Shown piece by piece: positions 31,974 to 45,000 of a stretch of 64,000 nucleotides of DNA. The notes beneath the pieces were generated by a model. That model did no database searches and was not told the origin of the DNA. It was given only the letters and a program-made list of their open reading frames with translations. Position numbers and translations under genes: made by a program. This DNA is from Lama glama (Eukaryota): positions 16,060,001 to 16,124,000 of the forward strand of contig CM052816.1 of assembly GCA_028534125.1 (NCBI GenBank). The letters run 5' to 3'. The stretch's first letter is position 1; every line of letters starts with the position of its first letter.

Positions 31974-34377
31974 TGTCCAGCCTGGCAGCAGGGTCCCTGG
32001 GGACTGGTGGCCAGCGGGCAAAGGAGAGCCTACCACCCCAGCTCGGTCCCTACCCGGAGCTGCCACGTGTATGGGGTTTACAGGGCACACACCCTCTGCA
32101 CACACACCCTCACTGCTCTCTCCCGTGCTTTCACTTCCGTGAACATCTGGACTACCCTGGGCCCAGCCCTTAACTCTGATAGTGCTTTGATCTGACTCCT
32201 CGGCACCTCCTTTCACAGCCCTGCCAGCCTTTCCCTCCTCCACCAGATCCCAGACACGTGGCCAGCGCCCTCCCCCAGCCCTCCCCCACCACTCCCCCCA
32301 CCAGAACTTGCCGGCTCTCCATCCCAACTGATTTCCTGAAGTTATGCTTCGATTTTTTTAAATGCAATTTATCAAACACACTGAAAAGTGTAGACTATAA
32401 TATACTAAATCTCTCTGGCCCAACCACCAGCTCTGTTCATCTCAATAATTTGTCACATTTATTTCAAAAAATTTTAAGAACTGAAACATTACAAATAAAA
32501 CAAAACCCACACTCCGTGACCTCTCCTTTCCTTCTCACCTTAGGGATAAACATCGTGTTGAATTTTATGTTTATCATTCCTATTCAAGGCATTCTTTTCT
32601 CTCTGGTTTTTCCTCCTTTGGTTTTTTACAAATATAATTCTGTTATGTCTCTGCATTTGTGTGCAACTTCATTTGAGAATGTGTGCTTTAATGTACACAA
32701 GTCACAAAAAGTGCCCACCAGTCCCTCCTCTCTCTAGAGACAGATTATAAAGGATAATTTTTGGTCCCAACTAACTCCATGGGACCAGCCACCCCTCATT
32801 CTGTCCCTTGCTGTGCATGCACCACCCTCTATTCCTGTCTGGAGGCCAGGAGACCCCTCCCAGGAACTCCCCTTACCCAGTGATTTGATCCAAGGAGGCA
32901 AGATATAGACCCCTGATTCTTTGTCTCTCAGCCAAGCTGCTACTCACTCTGACATTTAGGGACCCCACTCAGACTTCCAAGCTCACTTAATCCCTGGTCA
33001 CCGGGCGGCTGATCTGACCTGCAGAGTGAGTAAGATCAGTGGCTGGCTGGCCTTGAAGCCAGCTAGGAGGCTGTCCTTCTCCTAATGTAATCAAAGGCTC
33101 TGGTCGTTCTCTACCTCCCACCTTGGTCCACTGAGACCTCAGCCAGAGGGAGTCTGGATTCTGCCACAGTCAGAGCTTCAGTCACTGCTGCTTGCCTTCT
33201 GCCTCCACAAGCCATGTGTCCTATTGCTGTCACAGGCACCACCACTGGGGTTCCAGTCCCTGGGTCCAAAAGCCCAATTTCTGATCCTTCTGATGGATAA
33301 TTCTTCCCTTTTCTTCCCTCATGAATCCTGCATCTATGTCCTAAAGGACTTCTGAAAGGATAAAGGGTGGAAACTTCTGGGACCAGACTGTTGTCCCAGC
33401 CTTCTCCCATTTTTCCATCTTCACCTTCACTGTCACGAGGTGCCCTTCCCCTATTCCCACCATCTGACCCTTAACCATCTTTTAACAGCTTAGTTCAAGC
33501 ATCACCTCCTCCAGCAATATATTCTTCAGCCCACTATACTTAAGTAGCTTGCTTTCTTTTCATTAAACCCTATAGCAGTAGTGTTTACCACACTCCTGAC
33601 ATTTGTCATGCTTTGTCTAATGTTACAAGTGTGGGGGCTCATTTTTCTTCCTCGTCTATGAACCCCATCAAGGCATACTTTTCTGTGTTCCAGAGTATCA
33701 CGGTGCCTGGTACTATGCAGCAGGTGGGAACAAACATTGGCTGAATAGAACTGGAACCTAAGAATCTCCCACCCTAGTTCTTAGATCTGCAAACTTGTAA
33801 GCAAGTATCCTTCACCTGTGGTGAAGGCACTTCTGAACCATGATGAGTGTTCACTGACTCCTTCTGTCTCTTTTTTGGCTTTTTGTTGTCATGGAGCATC
33901 TTAGATGTGTTCAAGGGACTAAAATTAGCAAATATCTTCTCTTATTTCACAGAGAAGAAAACCCCTGGCTTTTGAGGTTTTAATATGGGAAACAAAGATG
34001 AAAAGACTCTGGGGTCCTCCCTACCATTACCCCTCCAGGCTGAAGGTCCCGACTCAATTCTCTACTCTGGGTTACTTCTCTTTTCCAGCTGTCCAGGAGA
34101 AGTGGAAGTGGCCCTGTTGGTCTAATGAAGGCAAGGAGTGCCCTTCTTCGGATGTTCTGTCCCCACTGAAGGAAGCCTGCAGAGGGAGCTGAAGGAGAGG
34201 GTTGGTGTGGACATTCTGCGCAGGCTAGTGGAAGGTTGCCACATCAGGGAAGGTCTGATAGCTGGTGACTTTTGGGGCTCATCTTAAGCTCTGGATCACT
34301 GGAGGTAAGCCAAGTGCAAGGGCTACCCATCTCAACCAGACCCTACTTCCAGTCTTCTTACGAAAAGCTATAGGTTT

Positions 34378-35110
34378 GTAAGGGGTGAAGTATTTCTTTG
34401 TTGGGTACTGAGAATGTTCTAAAGTTGATTGTGGTGATGGTTACACAAGTCTGAATATACTAAAAGTCACTGAATTGTACACTTTACATGGGCAAATTGT
34501 ATAGTATGTGTTTTAGTGTATTTGAGCTGCTATGCCAAAATACCATAAACTGAGTGGTTTATAAACAACAGAGATTTATTTTTCACAGTTCTGGAGATTG
34601 GGAAGTCCAAGACAAGCAGATGTGGTGTCTGGCAAGAGCCTACTTCTTGTTCACAGATGGTGCTTTCTCACTATCCTCACATGGTGAAAGGGGCAAGCTG
34701 GGGGTCTCTTTTATAAAAGGGCACTAACCCAATCATGAAGACTCTATCCTTGTGACCCAATTCTCTCCCAAAGGCCCTATCTCCTAGTATCATTAACTTG
34801 GGAGTTAGGATTTCAACATACTATTATTTTTTTTGATGTATAGTTGACTTACAATGTCATGTTAGTTTATGGTGTACAGCATAGTGATTCAGCTATACAT
34901 ATATATATTCTTTTTCATACTCTTTTCCATTATGTGTAATGTGTATCTGCTAATCCCAAACTCCTAATTATCCCTCCCCTACCCCCTTCCCCTTCAGTAA
35001 CCACAGTTTGTTTTCTGTTTGTGAGTCTTCGATACATAAATTTTGAGGGAACACAAACCTTTAGCCTAGAGCAATATGTTAATTATATCTCAATAAAACT
35101 GTTAAAAAAC
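34378..35110. mobile_element. Nested cluster: L1 3' end (+) containing an MLT1-type LTR (-) containing an L1 3' fragment (-)
   Basis: L1 tail breaks near 34507 and resumes near 35075; LTR text 'tttataaacaacagagatttatttttcacagttctggag' breaks near 34822 and resumes near 35033. Confidence 0.75.
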
Positions 35111-35619
35111 AATGAAAAAGTACACACCTATTGGAATGGCTCAAACAAAAATAACAACATCACTGTGATAGGTCTGTAGCTGCTTATGACAGTATCAGTC
35201 ATAAAAGGAAACACGAGAGTAGCCTAAATGTCAAAAACAGGGAGATGATTAAATTGATCACAGATAGTAAATACATTGCTGTTAAAAAACGATCACTGTG
35301 AAGACTGAGAGCCAGCAGAAAATGCTTATGATTTGAAAATAAGGGGAAATTTTCCTCTTTCTTTCCCTTACTTCTGGCATAATTCAGTCCTAAAGGTGAG
35401 GCAGAACAAGGTTGGCAATGTGCCTATGGAGTAGGGGCACAGTAGCCCAGAGCAGGATGTCAGGGCCCACAAGGGGTGAGGAAGGCATCAGTATGGTGTG
35501 GGAAGGGCCCATCGTGGAAGGTCTGAGCCTGAGTGTGGGGTGGAAGGCATAAGTGAGGTGAAGGTGGTGGCAGACACAGGAGCTTGACTACAAAGAGAGT
35601 GATCCAGTAGGGATAATGG

Positions 35620-37700
35620 AAACCAGATTTCAGAGAAGGGCCTTGGAGAAGCTACCTCCTAGTAGCAATGAGCACATGCACTACCTGGATCTTGTTTCTA
35701 AATACCATTTACCACTAAAAGGAACTAGAGCTCCTTGGAGAAATAGCTTCCAGGGCTAGGGCAGATAAAACACAAGATGAACTTGGAACACCTCATCATC
35801 CCAGAAAGTAAGGAAGTGCTCAAAGAATGATAGAGACATGTTGAAAGGATACAGAAGTCAGCTTGAAAGGGCTCCTGGTGACCAAAAAGGGGACAATTTG
35901 AGCATCAAAATAATAAATGATGATTTTAATGTGTAATATTCACACAGTTTCAAAGTATCTCCCCACAAAATACTTATTAATTACAAAGGGGAAAAGACTA
36001 GCTCTAAAATGGAGAAAGCTGGCTATAATCATGAATGGTGGCCTCCAAAAAGGTATGTCCATATTTTAATCCCCAGAACCTGTGAATGTTAGCTTACTTG
36101 GAAAAAAAGGCTTTGCAGGTATAACTAAGCTAAGGATCTTAGGATGAGGATGTCATCCTGGATTATCCCGATGGGCACTAGATTCAATGACAAGTGTCCT
36201 TGGAAAAGACGCACAGAGGAGAAGGCAATTTGAAGGCAGAGACAGATTTGAAGTGATGCAGCTACAAATCAAAGAATGCTAAGGAATGCCCAACAACCAC
36301 CAGAAGATGGAGGAGGCAAGGAATGGTTTCTATCCTAGAGGGAGTATGGCTTTGCTAAACCTTGACTTTGACTTCTGGTCTCCAGAACTGTGAGAGAACG
36401 AATTGCTGTTGTTTTAAGTCACTAGCTTACGGTAATTTGTTATGCAGCCACAGGAAACTAATATACTGGTAGGCAACACTTTAAGGAAGTGATCAAGTGA
36501 ATACCTTGGTAATAGAACAAATCAAAATTATACACTATGTATCTGGAGGGGACTCTAATTCAAAAAGGCACATGCACCACAATGTTCATAGCAGCACTAT
36601 TTACAATAGCAAAGACATGAAAATAACCTAAATGTCCATTGACAGATGACTGGATAAAGAAGTTGTGGTACATTTATACAATGGAATTACATGGTCATAA
36701 AAAAGAATAAAATAATGCCATTTGCAGCAACATGGATGGACCTGGAGATCATCATTCCAAGTGAAGTAAGCCAGAAAGAGAAAGAAAAATTCCATATGTT
36801 ATCACTTATATGTAGAATCTAAAAAAATTGACACAAATGAACTTATTTACAAAACAGAAACAGACTCATAGACATAGAAGACAAACTTCTGGTTACCAGT
36901 GGGGGAAGAGGATGGGAAGGGATAAACTGGAAGTTGGAGATTTACAGATACTAACTAACAAATATAAAATAGATAAACAACAAGTTTCTACTGTATCGCA
37001 CAGGGAACTAGATTCAGTATCTTGTAGTAACCTATATTGGAAAAGAATATGAAAAGGAATATATGTATGTATATGCATAACTGAAACATTATGCTGTACA
37101 CCAGAAGTTGACACAACATTGTAAAGTGACTGTATTTCAATAAAAAATAAATTAATTAAAAAAATGTTTAATGGAAAAAAAATTGTGTACCAGTTGATAG
37201 GATGCAACACTGCTTCTGTGACATTCCCACCAAAGATGCATGAGCTAAATCTAATCACAAGGAAACATCAGACAAATACAAATGAGGGACACTGTACAAA
37301 ATAACTGGACAGTAACCTTTAAAAGTGTTAAGGTCAAGAAAGTATAGGGAAGACTAAGAGACTATTCCAGATTGAAGGAGACTAAAGAGACACAATGAGT
37401 AATTCTGGACTTGACCCTTTTGCTGTAATGTACATCATTGGGGCAACTGTCAAAATTTGGGTGGGATCTGAGGATTATATGGTATTAATAGAACAGTATC
37501 AATTTCCTAATGTTTATGACTACATTGTGATTATGTAGGAGACTGTCCTTGTTTGTAGGAAATACACTAAAATATTTGGGGGTGATGGGGCATTCTGTTG
37601 GCAATTTACTCTCAAACGGCTCAGGGAAAAAAGTTCTGTGTACTTGTAACTTTTCTGTAGATTTGTGATTGCTTCAAAATAAAATATTTATTTTAAAAAT
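35620..37700 (+). mobile_element. Old L1 3' region interrupted by an MLT1-type LTR (about 36024-36465) and a younger L1 3' end (about 36535-37175)
   Basis: 'ccccacaaaatacttattaattacaaaggggaaaag'; LTR 'ctccagaactgtgagagaac...gcagccacaggaaactaata'; L1 'tttgcagcaacatggatggacctggagatc...tcaataaaaaataaa'. Confidence 0.8.
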
Positions 37701-38072
37701 AAAAAGTAAGGGAGAAAAGGACACCAATCATATAAATGATTGCATATAAATGTGCATATTGTCACTGGAAGGCATAGATTGGAAGGAAATCCACAACAAT
37801 GATAACAATTATATTAAAAAGACTGTGTATAACATTTCTCTGCTCTTTAATCTTTTGAGTTTAGTTCAGTAGATAGGTGCTGAAGACCTGTTACATGTCA
37901 GGCATTGTGCCAGGTGTAGGGATACTGAAGAAGGGTGATAATGTTGACCTGTGTCTGCGGGAGAGAGTATCGTGGGATAGTGCTGGTCAGGGTGCTGCTG
38001 CAGCACAGGGAACCCCTGACCCGGTGGTAAGGGGAGGGCTGAGGGAGGGATGCTTAGAATGTGGTCCTCTTG

Positions 38073-38216
38073 AGGGGAGGGTATAGCTCAAGTGGTAGAG
38101 TTCATGCTTAGCTTGCATAAGGTCAATCCCCAGTACCTCCTGTATAAAAATAAAATAAAATAAAATAAAATAATAATAATAATAATAAACCTAATTACCT
38201 CCCCCTGGAGGGGAGA
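38073..38216 (+). mobile_element. tRNA-derived SINE (Vic-1-like)
   Basis: 'ggggagggtatagctcaagtggtagag', (TAAAA)n/(TAA)n tract; perfect 17-bp TSD agaatgtggtcctcttg at 38056-38072 and 38217-38233. Confidence 0.92.
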
Positions 38217-38240
38217 AGAATGTGGTCCTCTTGTTTTTCT

Positions 38241-38437
38241 TTTTTTTTTTTTTTTTTTTACAATTGGTGATGTCTATTTTATTGTTCATAAGAGTTTTCC
38301 ATGAGTGAGTTTGTAAGTAATTTCTTTTTTTTACATTTTTTATTGATTCATAATCATTTTACAGTGTTGTGTCAGATTCCAGTGTTCAGCACAATTTTTC
38401 AGTCATTCATGGACATATACACACTCATTGTCACATT
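38241..38437 (-). mobile_element. 5'-truncated L1 3' end with apparent 3' transduction
   Basis: Perfect 18-bp TSD tggtcctcttgtttttct at 38223-38240 and 38438-38455; two AATAAA plus poly(A) units. Confidence 0.85.
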
Positions 38438-39020
38438 TGGTCCTCTTGTTTTTCTATTCAGAAGAACAGTAATATTTGTAAGGCCTCCCTGAAAGATATT
38501 GGGAAGTCCCATCTACATTGGGAGCTCTGAGAAGGGCGAGGCATGTGGAGAATTCAGTCTACAGAGCGTGGGCATGGGCGGCTGTGGGCTGAGCTTTAGG
38601 GCTTAATCATGCACTGAAACAGGACCTACAAGAAGGGGGAGGGATTGCAGTTACACTCCTCGAAAGCCTCCAGTTGGCCTGTGGAGGAACCAATGGACCC
38701 CACAGACAGGAAGAGAGGGGGCATGGGTCCAGGTCGCCATCACTGGCCTTTGTGCACAGCCCTGGAGGAGACCACAGTGGCCCTAGCGCAGGCCATGAGG
38801 AGCCTGGGCACAGTCACTGCTGTTTTTACATCCTCAACTGGGCTGCTGGGCTGAGTACGTCCCCTGGAGCCAGTCCCAATCTGTTTCCTTCCATTCTTTG
38901 ACAGGAAGCTCCTGGAGAGCCAGCCCCCACCCCCACCCCGCCCCAGCACTCCCTTTCTCTTCTCCACTATGGACAGAGCCTCCACACAGCGGCTGCCTGC
39001 CTGCCACAGACCCAGCTGAC

Positions 39021-39081
39021 ATGGGGAGTGTCGGAGAAACGCAGCTGTGCTGGGCCATCCTGGGCTTCCTCCTGCTCCAAG
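39021..39081 (+). CDS. ECSCR: ECSCR coding exon 1 (signal peptide)
   Basis: gacATGG start; G|gtaaga donor. Confidence 0.95.
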
Positions 39082-42000
39082 GTAAGAGCCACTGGCCACC
39101 ACCCTTCAGCAGTTCCTCTCCCGCAGCTGGCAGTCCTGGGCACCTGTCCCTCCCTCAGGACATTCACCGCACAGGCTTTCCATCCAGGGCTGTGCTGCCC
39201 AGAGGGAAATTCCAGAGCCTTCTCTTGAAGGGGATCAGCTGGCTTGAGATTCAGTCCTTCCCAGGCAGGAGTAAAATAGAGATATGGTTAAACTCTTTTG
39301 TGGGAAAATTTCGGGGTGAACTAGAGCCCCCACAGAGGCAGATCTCCTGAAATGTGGGAAGTGACTGTATTGGTATATTGAGGCTAGAAAGCTCCTTCTA
39401 GGATGTCTTAGCACAAAACTGTCTGTACCTTGGGCTTTCCATGTCATTTTTGTCTTCTCTTGTATGAGGAGTAACAACCTGGGATTTCCAAATATTGACT
39501 TTAAGCTCAAATCACAGCAAGGGGGACTCAGGTTAAATACAAAGAGCCATTTGCCAAAGAAGATGTACACATTTTATCTAGGGGGCTAGATGAAATGACC
39601 CCCCAGAGTAGATGACTTGGGAACAACACCTCTCAGATAGGGCTCTACTAGCTGATGAGTTGTGAAGTAGCTCATAGGAGTCCTCTAATTAGGGAGAAGT
39701 TGCTGGGAACCATGAGAAATCCAGGAGACTGTGACTCACAGGGCAGTAACTTCCCTTAGGTCATCCATCCCCACCCCCACCTCACCCTCCACAGGTCTTC
39801 TGTGGAGGATTATGAGCATGTGCTCAAAGCAGCAGAAGAGAGTTTAAGAGTGCTTGGATGGGGAGAGAAGATGGCCTTTTCTTGGTAGTGGGTGAGAGGG
39901 CCTGAGTACCTGAACCCTCTGTCTCCTGGAGAGGTCAGACATCTCTCTAAAAGCCCAAGGACCGGGGGTAAAACTCTGATCCCTATTGCTAAACCACCCC
40001 CCACCTCCTCAGGATAGAGTCACACATGGGATCTGGGACTGGGGGACTAGGCTGTTGTAGAAACTATAGAAATGGCAGAGATTAAGAAATGGCAGAGATT
40101 TAAAAGCTGAGACTCATGAGGGGGCATTTTTACAAACCTAGGCTTCTCCCAGCCTCCCTACCCGCTGTCCTGTCTCAGGGCAAGCACCAGGGCTAAGAAT
40201 GCCCCGAGTGACTCTACCTGAGCCACAGTCACCCTCGAGTGCCTAACCTCTCATCTCAAGATCTCAGAGCACTCACTTTCATTTTAGTGGACTGAGGAAT
40301 CCTTTTGAGGACATCCAGGCCCACAGAGGGACTTGACTGTGGAGACATGGAGCCAGGGCAGACTTGAAACTGAGAATTTGAGAGAAGAGGGCAGAAATAA
40401 AAATGTCTAGGATTTCTTAAGCATGAACGGTCAGGCACTGTACTTTATATGCATTTTCTCATCCTCATAGACACTTATGAGGTACTAAAATCACTTGCAT
40501 TTTAAAGAAGAGAAAACTGAGGCCCAGGTCAGATAGTAAGTGACAGAGTCAGGGCCTGAGCTCAAGACTGTCAGACTTCAAATCCATGATTTTAACCACT
40601 AAACTAAGCGGATGAGGAAAACAGTATGGTGGTGGTGAAGAGGAGGAAGAGAGAGGCTGGAAGGGAATGAAGAGTTAGGGATTAAGGAGGAGAGACAGGA
40701 AAGTAAGAAATCACTGTGGCCAGTGTTCTTCCACTGTCTGCATGCTCAGTGGTCAGAGGCATCCTGGCCTGTAGAAACAGGTGCTCCCTAAGTCTCTTCT
40801 CTACTCACAGAGGAATCTATTCTTGACAAAACGTTCCAGTAGTGGGAGGGGAGACAGGAGACAAAGAGAGAGTAGGCTATAGGCTACTGACATGGAGCTT
40901 GTGACTTTGGAACTCCTTCAAAGATACTAGTTTTGCTTCTAGAAAAATGCAGGGAAGACAGTCAACTGTGCCCTCCCACTAAAATCTAAAGTCATAACAT
41001 TATAGAGCTTAGATAGTACCTTAGATATGCTTGATCAATAACTGATAGACCTTTTTTAGGAAATGCCTCAGATTGAGAGTGTTCATCTTCAGCTGAGAAG
41101 AGTTCTCTCTAGGCTGGGGCACCTAAATGTTTTAACTCCCCTCTTAACGCCCCCACCCAAGGACGGAATGGGGCTATGAGTGATGGTGACCTGGAAAAAC
41201 GCGACTCGGGTTCTGAGCAAGCTTGGGCTTGGAAACAATTAATTGCACACTATCCAAATGATAGCCCTATGGTGGAAGGCAGTGGCTAAAGAAAACAAAC
41301 AGACCAGCAGGCTGCCCCAGGCTGGGTGGGCCCCTGGCCCTCAGCTGCCTCTGTTCACCCAGGCACTGGGCTCCCAGGCTTGGTGCTTCCCTGATGATGA
41401 GGGGCTGGGAGCAGGAGGGCCAGGCCAGAGCCTGCAGTCCCAGCCTGAGCAGAGGACGGGAACCCAGCTGGGCGGCTCCACTTCCCCACGTTGTTTTCCT
41501 TTCACATTGTTCACAGGTTTCAAGAATGATTTCATTGTGGAAAATGAGCAAACACAACCTGACCTTTCAGGTCTCACACATGCAGGGGACACAAGCACAC
41601 ATGCACATCTGCCTAGGGATCTGCCTAGGGGCCCATAGGAATATGCAACTGCAGACTCGAAAGCTAATGAGGTTTGCAACTGAGGCCTCCTGTTAATTGA
41701 CTGCTCCCCCGGTTTGGCTAACGACAACCATTTTTCTTTTTCTTTTTTTAAAATTAATTTATCATTTATTTATATTTTTATTTTTATTATTGAGGTATAG
41801 TCAGTTTACAATGTTGTGTTAACAAAGACCACTTCTGAAGTAGCCTCATCTATTAGAGTAAATTGGTTGCTTATTCTAGAGATTTCCTGCCTCAGAACTT
41901 GCTTCCTGTGTGGGCCATTCCTTTCAGCTGGAGGAGGGCAGATAGCCCAGATACCAACCCCAATCCTGAACCCCATTTTATTCACCACATCTTTCCATCC

Positions 42001-45000
42001 CTTCCCCTTAGGGCAGGAGCAGGATAACAGTATTCACAGGGGAAAAGAGATGGCTCGATGGTAGTGCAGCAAGAATGCTAGCCTGCAGACCTGGAGTCCT
42101 GGGTCCTTGTCGAAACGTGGCAGGTCACTGGCCCTCTGTCCTTGGAAATATCACTACTTTGAAATAACCTTTCCCCTACCTTGTGTCAGGTTGTTATAAA
42201 AGCGACATGGGACTGAAGAGACAGGAAAGGACTCTGTGACACTGAGCCATGACGTGGTAGTGATTGTGCCATGGAGTCACAGTCTCAAAGGAAGCCAGCA
42301 CTGAGCTAGAGTCACATCCTTTAGTCCTCTACCAAGTGTGTCCACCTTCCAGCATGGGAGGCTGGGAAAGCCAAAAGGCCTGGGTTCTTCTCTGGGGGAT
42401 GTGCTGGGCAGAAAGCTCACCAAGCTAATCTACACATTTTGCTTTCTCTTTCAGGCCACAACTCCCTGCCCACGACAACTAGCCCTCAGGGTAAGACCAA
42501 AAACACACAGGACCTACTCTAACCTTTAGGAAGAGTGGAAAGAGCTCTAGGCCAGTTTTGTACTAGTCTCTAACATGCCTTGAATAGGGAGAGAGATGGA
42601 TGGTTGGGGGTTAGGGTGGGGTAGGGAGAAAGACTAGAACACACCAGCTATAGAGGAGAGAGGGAGACGGAGCAATAGGAGCAGCGGACCCTCAGTCTCA
42701 GATGATCTGTTTCAGGAAACTTCAACAGTCAAAGTCTAACCCCAGGGCCAACTTCCCCTAAGACAGGTGAGTGTGTGTGGTTGCTGAGGAGCCAAGCCCT
42801 GTCCCTTGCCCAGTTCCCTCCCCAGCCCTTTAGATCTGCTTGGAGCCCAAGGGTTCTCCAGTGGCTGAGGGAGAGAGGTGTCACCAAACCTTCCCCACCT
42901 TTAGCTCCCCTCCACCTCTACTTGCAGGAGACAGTCCTTCCACAAAGCCCAACAGCTCAAGCCCTCTGCCCAGCGCCAGCACCCCAGGTACTCTGTCAAT
43001 CAGACTGCAAATGCCATCCAGGGAGGGGCCAATGAGGAGGCAGACATAGTTTCTGCACTAAAAGAGAATAGACTCGTTGGGGACCAGACAAGTAAATAGG
43101 ATGTCACATTGACAGTTACAAAGCAGGGTGAGAGGGGCCATGATGAACATAAGCGGAAGGTGCTGTGGGAGCCCAGGTAATGTCAACTACCTCAGACTTA
43201 GGGGCCAGACACCCCAGAGTGAGTGGTCCCTGAAGCTGAGGCCCAAAAAATAAGTCAACCAGATGAAGACTGTGGGGTGGAGGGTGCTACGGCACATTCC
43301 AGGTAGAGGGCACTGCCAAAGTAAAGGCCAGAGAAACCGAAGGCAGATTTGGGACTAAAGAGCCCTCCCTGTGCACATGCTGGCTGAGGCCCTAAGCAGG
43401 CCATGCGTACTTCCTCCAGAGAAGTCCTCACAGGTCCCCACGACTGTGTTAGCCGGTAAACCCATGACTGTGAGTTCCAGCACCATGGCTGGTCACTACC
43501 CATCCTCGCTGGGGCTGACTTGGTCCCAGCCACAGAAGCACACATCAGGACTTGGTGAGTACCTGGGGCTGGGGGTGAAAAACACTGGGTCATAGCTGCC
43601 TGGGTTCCACCTTTCCTCCTTCAGGAGGCCCAGGTCCTGCCCCACATGAGCGTCAGAATCCACACCAGTGGCACCCTGGTTTGGGAGAGAATGAAAGTGG
43701 TTTTGGGTGGGTGGGTAGAGACAGGAACTGGTCACAATGAAGGTAAAAGAAGCCTGGACTCAGAACTGATAAAAGTTTGGAGGGGGTAAGGTGGGGTAGA
43801 ACCCAAAATGATGGAAAGGGAGGCAAAAAAAGGTTAAGAAAGGGCTACACGATTCTCAGGGCAGGTTGGCCTTCACCCAGCAGCATGGGAGAAATCTGGG
43901 AGGGGGTGGACACCCTCCATCTGAGCCCTGCTGTTGCATGGTGCAGGCACGGGTGTTCTAAGCGGCGGCAGCAGCAGAGGCAGCACAAGTGGAGGTATGT
44001 CCTGTCTTTGCTCACAATGAAGAGTCCCCTGACCCTTTCTCTCATCCTACCCTTGGCTCTGGGATTTTTTTTTTTCACAATTCCAGACTTATTTGGGATG
44101 AGGTGAGGATAAGGAAGTGGAATAGCAATCAGGCCCACACTACAATGAGATGGGCGATCACACCTCTGTTTTATGAGGGTCAGAAACTTGTGCCCATTAA
44201 CTGGCAGCTGGCTTGTTAAATCAGTGCCTGGGCACAAACATCCGGTGCCCTTCTTTCCTCCCACGTCAACCTTTGGCAAAACACACATGGCTCTCCCTTG
44301 CCTGGTCTGGCTCCCTATCTCTGCAGTGTAAATTCCTTTCCTCTGGGCCCCACAGGCGTGGTGGGAAATGCATAATGAGGGAAGCATCCTGAACTTTCTA
44401 GAGTTCTCTGGAACTGGGAACATGAGCAACCAGCAATGCTATTCACATGATTCTTCATCAACCAGTCCTGACTTCCATCCACATGGGATCTGGTTGGAGG
44501 AAGTCTTTTTCATAGGACATGAGTTCTCATTGCAGTCCTTTACCTGGGAGAAGTGGGAGGGGACATGTGGGCTGTGTCAGATCTTTCACTGAGTCAACCA
44601 TCCCTACTCTACTTTAGACACTTTTCACAATGTTACTCCCAAATCATCTACCATGAGTTTGAGGACAGGCGACTCGACCATCCTGCCCAGCCCCACATCA
44701 GAGACAGTGCTCACTGTGGCTGCATTTGGTGAGAAGGAGGAGGAGGTGGGCGTGGCAGGGGACCCCACCCTTGAACTGACTTGGACTCTGGGTCCGGAAA
44801 CACAAGTTCAAATCTCACCCATTTGTTCCAGGAGGGTTTGGTTGATGAAGATGCTGGTAGAAAGAAACCTCCACTGGGCCTCCATTCAGCTCTTCTGAGC
44901 TCTGCTAGGTCTTGTGTTCTTAAGGGAGGATGGCTCAGGGCTCAGGAGCCCACTCTGGCCAGGGAATGCTGGATGAAAGCTCAATCATTCAGCAGAAAAG

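Noticed and set aside
40068..40100. Short tandem duplications (agaaatggcagagatt twice; atctgcctaggg twice at about 41607-41630)
   Set aside because: Ordinary slippage duplications with two units and no spacers; not an array.
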